A stretch of 63,333 nucleotides of DNA, counting the filler, from Vannella sp. (Eukaryota), in NCBI GenBank assembly GCA_023345925.1. It is 8 parts of 8 records of this genome, joined end to end, with 100 filler letters (N's around TTAATTAATTAA, not from the genome) between each part and the next. Parts side by side here need not be neighbours in the genome. Positions count along the whole stretch, not along the records: positions 1 to 8,824 come from JAJQQN010000414.1; positions 8,925 to 17,901 come from JAJQQN010000118.1; 6 more parts are not named here. One strand, given 5' to 3'. The notes beneath the pieces are model-generated. The model saw only the letters and a program-made list of their open reading frames with translations, searched no databases and was not told the origin of the DNA. This document shows, one piece after another, positions 1 through 9,064 of the stretch (positions are counted from its first letter, which is position 1; every line of letters begins with the position of its first letter). Both the position numbers and the translations under genes were made by a program.

Positions 1-25
1 TTTCCACTTGAGTGAGAGAGCCGTG

Positions 26-1063
26 TTATTGAATGAGATTGTCGCGATTGTGAATACGAAAGAGGACGCGAATGTAGTCCTGCCTTCTCTCAAGGATTTT
101 GAGAATTGTGCCGTTGAGGGAGGCCAGTCCCTCCCGATGTTGATCGATTTCGCCACGGACCAGCCGAGCAACCGTGCTCTTGTTGCGAAAGAACTGAGGA
201 TGCGCATGCTCTCCGATGGTCTTGTTGCCTCGTGGATGCGGGAGCTGGCGGTACTGACCGATGTGGATCGGGATCTTCACAATCTCGAGTGGGCTGAGCT
301 TCACGCGATTGTACATGTCCGTGTCCTGAGCTCCCCATGACCAGTAAAGATTGGACCACCCTCCACAGAGGATCTGGTGTTGACTTTGTGTGATGAAGAC
401 TCCTCCCACACTTGGCTCAGCGTCATGGATGTGGTCGTTGGTTGCGAGATGCGTTGGTTGGGGAGGAAAGCCGTAAGGAATAGGAGCATGGATAAGAGGA
501 AGGTAGTCAACATCGTGGAAGACAACGTAATCGCACATGGAGAACGAGAATACGAACCCAAGGTTGAGGATTGCTCCCTTGTTGAAGAGGAGGCTCCCTT
601 GCTCTTGCTCTGCAATGATGAAGATATGAGGAAGGTTTCTTTCTGTGAGATACTCCTTCATGTATGGGTAGAACCTCTCCAGATGTCGCTCTCGCCGTCT
701 GCCGTTGTTGTCCTCATCATTGGACTCACGAAACGGTACAATCACGCATAACTTGTGTTCCTCTAAGCCATTCCTAGGCGGGACCCACTGTTGTAAAGGA
801 TGTAAGGACCTTTGGAGCGTAAACATGTTGATTTCCGTCACTGAGAAAGGGTCAAGCAGCTCTGGTCGTTCCTCCGCTAACGGTGGTGTTCGTAAACAGC
901 ATAGAAACGTGATCCAAGCACATCCTGTCAGACTCAAGAGCACAAGTAACGAGCGAAACTTAGCGTGGGAGATTGCCATGATCCCGGATGCCCAAAGAAA
1001 TGGCCACCAGAAATAGCCAATCTCCCACGCTAGAGTTTCGCTTGTTACTTGTACTCTTTTCAT
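26..1063 (-). CDS. Glycosyltransferase family 7 (beta-1,4-galactosyltransferase-like), copy 1; intronless type II membrane protein
   Basis: Motifs VIVPFRE, IIAEQ, FNKG, FHDVD and GWSNLYWSWGAQDTD; N-terminal hydrophobic anchor. True start may be an internal Met. Confidence 0.88.
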   Translation of the reverse strand: MKRVQVTSETLAWEIGYFWWPFLWASGIMAISHAKFRSLLVLLSLTGCAWITFLCCLRTPPLAEERPELLDPFSVTEINMFTLQRSLHPLQQWVPPRNGLEEHKLCVIVPFRESNDEDNNGRRRERHLERFYPYMKEYLTERNLPHIFIIAEQEQGSLLFNKGAILNLGFVFSFSMCDYVVFHDVDYLPLIHAPIPYGFPPQPTHLATNDHIHDAEPSVGGVFITQSQHQILCGGWSNLYWSWGAQDTDMYNRVKLSPLEIVKIPIHIGQYRQLPHPRGNKTIGEHAHPQFFRNKSTVARLVRGEIDQHREGLASLNGTILKILERRQDYIRVLFRIHNRDNLIQ

Positions 1064-1172
1064 GCGTAATCCGTGGGTGTTGTCGAATGATGTGCTGTAA
1101 GTGAGATAGAGGAGAGGACAACAGACTATTTCACTTTTGGTACATTGTTAACCAAAGCCATTGGGAAGGACG

Positions 1173-2144
1173 TTATTGAATGAGATTGTCGCGATTGTGA
1201 ATGCGGAAGATGATACGAATGTAGTCTTGTCTTTGTTCGAGGACTTGGAGAATTGTGCCGTTGAGGGAGGCCAGTCCCTCCCGATGTTGATCGATTTCGC
1301 CACGGACCAGACGAGCAACTGTGCTCTTGTTACGCAGAAACTGTGGATGCACATGCGTCTTGTTGCCTCGTGGATGCGGGAGCTGCCGGTATTGGCCGAT
1401 GTGGATCGGGATCTTCACAATCTCGAGTGGACTGAGCTTCACGCGATTGTACATGTCCGTGTCCTGAGCTCCCCATGACCAGTACAGATTGGACCATCCT
1501 CCACAGATGAGCTGATCTTGGCTTCGAGTGATGAAGACTCCTCCCACACTTGGCTCATCGTCATTGCGGTGATCATTCGTGGACAAGTGCGTTGGCTGTG
1601 GAGGAAAGCCGTAAGGAATAGGAGCATGGGTAAGAGGAAGGTAGTCCACGTCGTGAAAGACAACGTAATCGCACATGGAGTACGAGAACACGAAGCCAAA
1701 GTTGAGGATGGCTCCTCTGTTGAAGAGGAGGCTCCCTTGTTCTTGTTCGGCAATAATGAAGATATGGGGGAGGTTCCTTTGCGTGAGATAGTCCTTCATA
1801 TACGGGTAGAACCTCTCCAGATGTCGCTCTCGCCGTCTCCCGTTGTTGTCCTCATCGGGAGACTCACGAAAAGGGACAACTACGCATAACTTGTGTTGTT
1901 CAGGCTCTCCAGGAGGAGGTTTCCAGGCCTGGGAGGGGTGAAGCCACTTAGTCCAGATGGTCTTTGGGTCGATTTCAGTCTCACGGAAAGGATCAAAGCG
2001 CTCCTCCACAACCACTGGTGGAGTACGCAAACGATGATGAAGAAGCGTGATCCACATGCATCCCACCAGAATCATAAACAACAGCCAACGCTGGCTCCAA
2101 GCTCTGCAGGCCATCCGAGGACAGAAATTGCACAAGAGCACCAT
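1173..2144 (-). CDS. Glycosyltransferase family 7, copy 2 (tandem paralog)
   Basis: Same motifs (VVPFRE, FNRG, FHDVD, WSWGAQDTD); near-identical catalytic region and the same C-terminus RIHNRDNLIQ. Confidence 0.88.
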   Translation of the reverse strand: MVLLCNFCPRMACRAWSQRWLLFMILVGCMWITLLHHRLRTPPVVVEERFDPFRETEIDPKTIWTKWLHPSQAWKPPPGEPEQHKLCVVVPFRESPDEDNNGRRRERHLERFYPYMKDYLTQRNLPHIFIIAEQEQGSLLFNRGAILNFGFVFSYSMCDYVVFHDVDYLPLTHAPIPYGFPPQPTHLSTNDHRNDDEPSVGGVFITRSQDQLICGGWSNLYWSWGAQDTDMYNRVKLSPLEIVKIPIHIGQYRQLPHPRGNKTHVHPQFLRNKSTVARLVRGEIDQHREGLASLNGTILQVLEQRQDYIRIIFRIHNRDNLIQ

Positions 2145-2263
2145 CTTTCAAGAACCCAAAAAACCCAACACAGTTAAACCCGCTTATTTATAAAACGCGC
2201 TGTAATAAAGAATGAATAGTCCTTTGAGTCTGTTGACATTAAACCCTAAACCCTATATCTCTC

Positions 2264-3940
2264 ATGAGGTCAAAGCTAGTCACATCTTTCGCTGCCATGG
2301 CCACGAGACATCCTGGCGCTCATGGGCGAAGGGGGTTCCGGGGAGAGTCAGCTTTTCTTCCTAGTGCAACTTCTATGCGCTTCTCTGCGTACGAACAGTG
2401 GGATCCTGATCCAATGGTGACCACGTATCTGGCTCAGTCTCCAACAAAACCGTTTTTTGACGTTCCTGTGGTTGACCCTTCCGCCGCCCAACCGAGTGCT
2501 GCTAGGTGTATCTGGAACTACCTGAGGTTTGTGTTTGGTCTCCCGTTGTATCTCTTTGGAACAATGCGGGAAACTGCGGAACTCCTTTCGTGGATGAGAT
2601 CGAAAAGGCCTATTTTGGTGTTTCCTCTTGTGTTTGTCGACGCTGTGCTACGTGGCGTTGGCCAAATCTTCTTTCAGAACAGTCCGGCTACTGGCTTTAT
2701 CATTGTGGTGGCAATGTTCGTCGAGGGATGGTGGGAAGGAGTGTGCTCACTCTTAGGGCTGGTCATCTCTACGTCCATCGGGTTGCTGTTCGGAATGAGT
2801 ACCACCGCCGTTCAGAATGGACTTTATGGATACAATGGCTTCCTGTGTGGAGCCGCCTTGGCTCTATTCCTAAAAGGTCCCTGGAATGGATCGACCGTTG
2901 TGGCGATCGTGCTCTCCTCTCTCTTTAGTTCCGTACGTCTTCCTATCACAGGTAAAAACTCTAACCAGTGCATGGACAGCTGATTAATCTGGCGCTTGGG
3001 AACATGCTTATTCCCACTTTCAAACTTCCTCCGTTTACGTTCGCCTTTAACATGGTGATGTACTTCACTTTATTTTCAGTATTTAAGTTTGAATACTTCC
3101 AATTTTCCAAGTCTTTTGGCGCCGCTGCCTTGCCCGTAGAGAGCGAAGCTGAGTTTGAGATCTCAGCTTCCATTGTCTTTATTGGTTGGCTCAACGGAGT
3201 CAGCCAGATCTACGTGATAGAAAATTGGATTACGTAGGTTGTTCAAGATTCATCCATCGCGTGACTCACGTTGGGAAGGGGAATACTGATTCTCGTGGGA
3301 ATATCGTTTTGCTCGCCAATCAGTGCGTTCTTCACTGGCCTTGGGAGTGCTGTTGGAATGTTGGTAGCCTTTCTTCTCGGTGCGCCTAACAGTGAAATTG
3401 CTGCTGGTCTCTACGGATACGACGCGGCGCTATCATGTTGTGCGATTGGAGGCGTCTTTTTTGTGTAGGTTGAGGACAGGGTGCTCTCACTGATTCTTGG
3501 ACTTACTTAACCGAGCCAGATTGACTCTTAAGGTGTCACTTTTAGCCGTTTTCGCCGCAGTTTTAACAACCATCGCGCATGCTGGAATGGCGGCCTTCTT
3601 TGGGACCTGGGGCTTGCCCCCTTTAACGATGGCATTTAGCATTGTTTCTTCGTTATTCGTTCTTCTTCAAGGATCAGTGGCGGGAGCAACGGCGGTTCAA
3701 ATCACTCGCATTACCACTCCTGAGTCCCACATAAGACGCTACTGGCGATCTTTGCCGAACAACCAAAACAAGAAAGGGTCTTTGATCCTCCGTTGGTTGG
3801 AGGCTTTCGTGATCACTTCATACCGAGATTTGGTCTCAGAGAAGACCAAATCTCCATCTTCCCCTTCCAAACAACCAATCGAGACTCCCAGTCAGGATTC
3901 TGGCCCTTTCCCGTCGAAGACTTTTGACTTTCCCCTTTGA
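2264..3940 (+). CDS. Urea transporter (UT/SLC14 family), 4 exons
   Basis: Duplicated UT motifs GVGQIFFQNS...GLYGYNG and GVSQIY...GLYGYDA. Introns 2933-2979, 3234-3278 and 3465-3519 (GT..AG) join the ORF pieces in frame. Confidence 0.92.
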
Positions 3941-4050
3941 CCTCTCCGCAATAGATGTTTAAGCTTCTAGCTTCCCTCATACCAGCATTCAGGGGTGATG
4001 GGCTGGGTTATCACGAGAACGATGTTTGCAAGGTCGGTTGTTCGCGTTGG

Positions 4051-6650
4051 TTAGGACTTTATATCGTAGGTATCTTGCAATTGACTTTTCAGGCTTCGCA
4101 TCCAGGTTCCAAAGTCTCCACAGCCCGTGGGGAATAGCCTTTCACACCCAATTTGGTGAAGCAACTCGTCGACTCCGGCAATTATTGTGTTTCCCTCATC
4201 CACTCGGAAAATCTGAATCTTGTGAGAGAAGGTAGCAGGCGAGGAGGATGATAACTCACTGCATATTTTACGAAAGGGAATGGGGGAGGATCCACTATCA
4301 GTTGCTGCGCGTAGAAGAACGAAAGTTGTTCGTAAAAATGTTCCCAAATGTTGAAGAACTCATCATCCACTTGATCGCACAGTATAATGAGCACCTTTTG
4401 AGTCTGCAATAAGTCCTATTGGCAATATTACAGTCAATTGGGAACTCGTTGAAGATAGTTTGGCTTACAAGATCGAATTGAGAGAGTGGAGTCTCTTGCA
4501 AGCGGACGGAGGTGTCACTTATTAGTGTTCCCATTTCTAATAGGCATTGTTTTACTTCATTAGAAGTCGGATTGGAGGAGAGGACATTGATTCGGTGCAA
4601 TGAGCGCTTCAGTCGACTTTGTAAGGTTATTACTCCAGCAGCCCGCCATTTCCTGCAAGTGGCAGCTGCGCTAATGAGGTCTTTGGGTGATAACAGGGCA
4701 AATAAACTGTCAAGAGCCTCCTCAGGGAACTCTCGCACTCGTTCGGTAAGGTGATCTCCCTCAGTACGAGCATTTCGGAGGGTCTCGGAGACAAGCCTCT
4801 TCTTCTCTCGATCTGATTTGGGAACTGACTTGTTCGCAGCGGGAGCAATCATCTTCCGTTGGAGCTGTGGAGAGTGAGCGGTGAAAGGTGGAGTAATTCG
4901 GAGAGAAATCTCACCTCTGTTTCCTTCTCATTGAAGAAGAGAAGCCCTGGTAGGCTTTGAAGGAATAGAGGATGAAGCGTTTTGGCGTTTTTGTCAAAAG
5001 CAGGGTTTCCAGTCACAGCCAAGTGAGTAAGGCCCTTCAGGGAGGCTAACGTATCCAATAGAACAAAGCTGAATTCATCGCCGGACATATCAATCAAGCA
5101 GTCCTTCATATAAAGGAGCTGCAGCTTTGTAAGGTATTGTAACGAGTCAAATCCACTCTGAATAGGATTACCAGACACATTCAGATGGACTAAATGGGTG
5201 AGAGAAGAGAAAGGAGCCAGACTGTTAATCTTGTTGTTACGCAGAGACATAAACTGTAGTCCATTCAACCCTCGAATATCAATCTCACCAATCCGGTTGC
5301 CATCAAGATTCAAACGCTTCAATTTGGTCAAATGAGAGATTCCCTTCACTTCTCTCAACGAATTGGACGTCAAATCAATCCTATTCGGCAAGCAAGCAAC
5401 GTTAGGCAGAAGAAGAGAAGCTTATGAAGGCGCACTCACTCTTTGAAGATGTCTGACATGTGGAGGAGGAAAGTGATCTCTGCCAGTTGGTAGTAGCTCG
5501 AGCTGCAGTCCAGGAAACAGGGAAATTTGAGATCACTAGGCTCAAAGTCCAAGAGAAGGAGTGTTTGGCAGGGACCAGGAGGTGGCTCGAGGGCCGAGTG
5601 GATGCGGGGGATGACGTTTCGTTTCTTTCTGTGTCTTTCTCTATTTGAGGCCATTCCTGGTAAGTTTGTCAAAGGCTTATCAGTTGTCAGCTCACTGAGC
5701 GAGGAAGAAGCCTGGTAGATGCTCTCTGCACGCTTTCCCCGTCCGCTGGCCAACTTGCTGTGATCACTGGGAGCTGACCCCTTTGGCGCTCGGTCTGAAG
5801 CGTGTTGGTGAAGTGGAGAGACGGCCCTGTTAGGAGGACTCGTTCCCCCTTCCTGAATGAGGTTCTTTGTGCCGTGGGAGGTGTGGGAGATGCTCTTGGA
5901 GAGCCGATAGATCGAGTTGCGCATAGAGAAGGTCTTCTTCTTCGCTTCTGTATCAGTAGTACGTGGTATCTCTTCCTCTGGAGCAAAGTAGAGCCGGTTT
6001 TGAGCGTCGGAAGGGGTAGATGGACGTGCAGTGGATGCGGAAGGAGACCCCAAGTCAATAGGACGTGACCTCAGGGCAGCAAGCATCTCTGTTGTGTTAC
6101 TACTTGGTGTATACTTGGAATGTGATACACTGGGGACGAAATCATAGTCCACAAGGTCCATGTCGGGCGAAAGGTCGGGCAAAGCGTCTTGCTCACGGCT
6201 CGGCAGTGCTTCTCCGCTCGTTGTTAAGCTTTTAGCGCCATCCTTGACTCGTTTCCGCTTCTCTTTCTTCGGGCGTGGCTGCAGGATGTCTTCCTTTGAC
6301 CGTTTAGAGCGAGGCTTGGTGGAGACGGGCTTCTCTTTGGCAAACTTCTTCGCGCTCTGTCGCTCCTCACTTGCTCCTTCTTGTTCTGAGGCTCTCCTAC
6401 TTCTCGCACGAGTAGGCCTTTCCTTTGATCGTTTGCGTCCTTGCTCAGGGGTTTGAGCGCCGTCGTCATGAGTTTCCTCCTCTGGATCATCTCCAGGCTG
6501 CTCCTCCGACCTGGCTGGAGCACCTGCGATCTCCAAAGGTTCCTCAACCTCTTGCGAGACGCTCTCATCCTCTTTTTCCAACTCCTGCCGCCCACAAACG
6601 TCAGCAACCCGCCCGCCAGCTCCAGACCGTCCCCTTCCCACCTCTGACAT
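4051..6650 (-). CDS. Multi-exon protein: disordered N-terminus + leucine-rich repeats + F-box + C-terminal flavodoxin-like domain
   Basis: LRRs (LKRLNLDGNRI, LQFMSLRNNKI, LVHLNVSGNPI); F-box (FPEEALDSLFALLSPKDLISAAATCRKWR). ORFs 5436-6848, 4849-5391, 4298-4852, 4182-4409 and 4051-4347 join in frame via GT-AG introns. Start assumes a 57-nt intron at 6585-6641. Confidence 0.75.
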
Positions 6651-6985
6651 CAAGAAATGGCTCTTACGAGGCCCGTACATGCTTGGAAGGAGGTTCATTA
6701 TCACCTTTTCGAATGATTGCAGCCAATCAGAGTTCACATCCCTGTTGAAAGGAGAACATCCACGAGTGAAGGGGAAGAGAACTCGTGTTTGCGTAGCTTG
6801 CCCTGATGACCTCCATCTCTTCAGGATAAGCTTTTGGACTGATTTCATTTTTTTACTTTTTGAGGGGAAATGCCCTCAAACATAGTGGGACCAAAACTGG
6901 AGCAACTTGGAACTGGATTTTAATATCTTTCGGCCAAATTGTTTCATTAATAGGAAGGAAAAAAGTCATTTCCTGGGGGGGGCTG

Positions 6986-8603
6986 ATGGATGGGTCGCCC
7001 GGTTCTGGACGGAGAAGAGCATCGGTGAAGGTGAATAAGCAAGAGAAGTCACCGCAGAAGACATCTGTATCTCCTGCGAGACAAAGGAGCTCGCCAATCA
7101 AGGACGACGGAGTTGGAAAGGACAAAGTTGCGGCCGTCGCTGTGAAGGGACCGAATGCTGGAGTGTCTCAGTTGCATCGAGGTACATCAAGCATCATCCA
7201 AGATACAGCAACAGCGAATACTCCCAAGCCTTCTCGAGTGAACCGCGGGGACCGCTTACGCGCGACCTCTCGTTGTTCGTCACCGTCAAAGATGATGCTG
7301 ATGTCTCGAGATGGTACACCAAACGAGCCTATTAGAGACGATTCGTTTGCCTTGAAGACACGGCTACAGCGCTCCTCTCGAAGTCAGGAAAGGGAACTTC
7401 TCAAGAGAGGCACGGAGGACCCTCTGATGTCTTCTCCCAAAGGTAACATCCAGCAACCTTCCACTGGGAATGATAAGACTGGGGTCCCCACCCATGTGTT
7501 TGGAGATTCGCTTGAGGAGGTGATCGCCCGTCAAAAAGCGAGAGGAATAGACCTCGAGGTCCCTTCGATTGTACAATGGACCATCAAGAACCTAAGAGAG
7601 CGGGGAATGTACACCTCAGGCATCTTCCGGCAGTCAGGCCACCACGGGGATCAAATCTCTCTCCAAAAGCTTGTTGACGCAGGCGCCAGCGAGGGTGCAC
7701 TCAATCTGGTAAGCGCTCTTGTAAGCTCAAAGAGCTTTTCAAACTAACAGAGACATCCAGGCATCCGTGGACCCTCACACAGTAGGAGCTCTTCTGAGGA
7801 GCTATCTGAGAAGCTTACCGGAGCCTGTCGTACCGCGGGTTCCCTTCTTCCCTTTGTTAGTCCAAGTAGCAGGTACGAAAGAGCCCAGGAAATAACAGTT
7901 TGACTCAAACAGAGCAGCTTTCTCGGATGAGACATTCCGGCTGTCAAGTTATCGCTCTCTTCTCTTGAGCATTCCCCCGCACAACTACCAACTGCTCAAA
8001 CATCTTTCTGAGTTCCTGAGAGATGTAGCTGCACACGGAGAGGTCAATCTGATGACAGTATCTAACTTGGCGTTAGTTTTTGCGCCGACAATCTTTGGGA
8101 CCATTGATAATGATTTGTACGTTCGCAAGGATGCTATTGACTCGATGGCACTCTTCAAAGAGAGCAAATTCACGTCTATGTTGGTGGAAGAGATCCTTTC
8201 ATCGGCAGATTTTATCTTTTCTGCTGGGGCAGAGCCGGCTGCTGCTTATCACTGCAACGAGTCCTTTCGTCCAGTGGAGGCTCATCACGTTGCTTTGCTA
8301 CGAGGTGACATGATTGTCGCTCTTCACAGCCCTTCTGATAGTGAAGATGTCACTGTTCTCATTGGGGATAGCACCGGGAAAGTGTCTCATTCGCTTCTCC
8401 TGACTATGGAGCCAATTCCACTCCAGCAAGTGAAGACCAAGGAAATAGCTTCTCTGTTTACCAACAAAGTGGTCAACACAGTTGCTATTCGCACCGGTAC
8501 CGTAATGGAGCTACCAAACAAGAAAAAAGAGTCCAAAAAACCTTCTTTCCTGACGGGGGTTCTACGCATATCCTCTGCTTCAAAGAAGCTCAATCCCAAT
8601 TAA
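6986..8603 (+). CDS. RhoGAP-domain protein with possible degenerate C-terminal SH3-like domain (spliced)
   Basis: VFGDSL...VPSIV...GIFRQSG (arginine finger) and NLMTVSNLALVFAPTI; short introns near 7710 and 7870. Confidence 0.88.
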
Positions 8604-8824
8604 ACTCTGTATCTTATATACACACTCACATCCTGCGCAGGCGAGTGACTCTTTGCTTTCACAATGACAACAGAAGCCACCAGATGAGGTAACGCTCACC
8701 ACACAAACACGAGCCAGGTGCGTTCTCATGTTCTCCCCGATACTGTATCGGAATTGTCCAGTGGGATGGTTGACTGGATGAACACATTCCCAGTCTTGGT
8801 CTCTTTTCACTGGTAGCACTCCCG

Positions 8825-8924
8825 NNNNNNNNNNNNNNNNNNNNNNNNNNNNNNNNNNNNNNNNNNNNTTAATTAATTAANNNNNNNNNNNNNNNNNNNN
8901 NNNNNNNNNNNNNNNNNNNNNNNN
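8825..8924. other. Artificial contig linker
   Basis: 44 N + TTAATTAATTAA (stops in all six frames) + 44 N. Confidence 0.98.
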
Positions 8925-9064
8925 TTGGAAAACGCCAGATAGGCCTGCAAATCGTCATCCGGCAGCGGCTCGTAGGCCAATGCGAGATACGGGTATAGCC
9001 ATGTCTGGAACAGGAAATGCGCATTTCCCCATCTCTTTGGACAGCCTTGTGAACTTAGTTCTTG

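Noticed and set aside
2933..3519. Frameshifts, pseudogenes or an alternative genetic code to explain fragmented ORFs
   Set aside because: The breaks examined are resolved by short GT-AG introns, and TAA, TAG and TGA all serve as true stops.
4051..4590. Functional link between the flavodoxin-like domain and MetH reactivation
   Set aside because: The genes are on different contigs joined artificially, and the FMN motifs are degenerate.
6651..6985. Upstream extensions of ORFs 5436-6848 and 6860-7747
   Set aside because: They begin in the AT-rich divergent promoter region; downstream ATGs (6650, 6986) fit better, though this is not proven.
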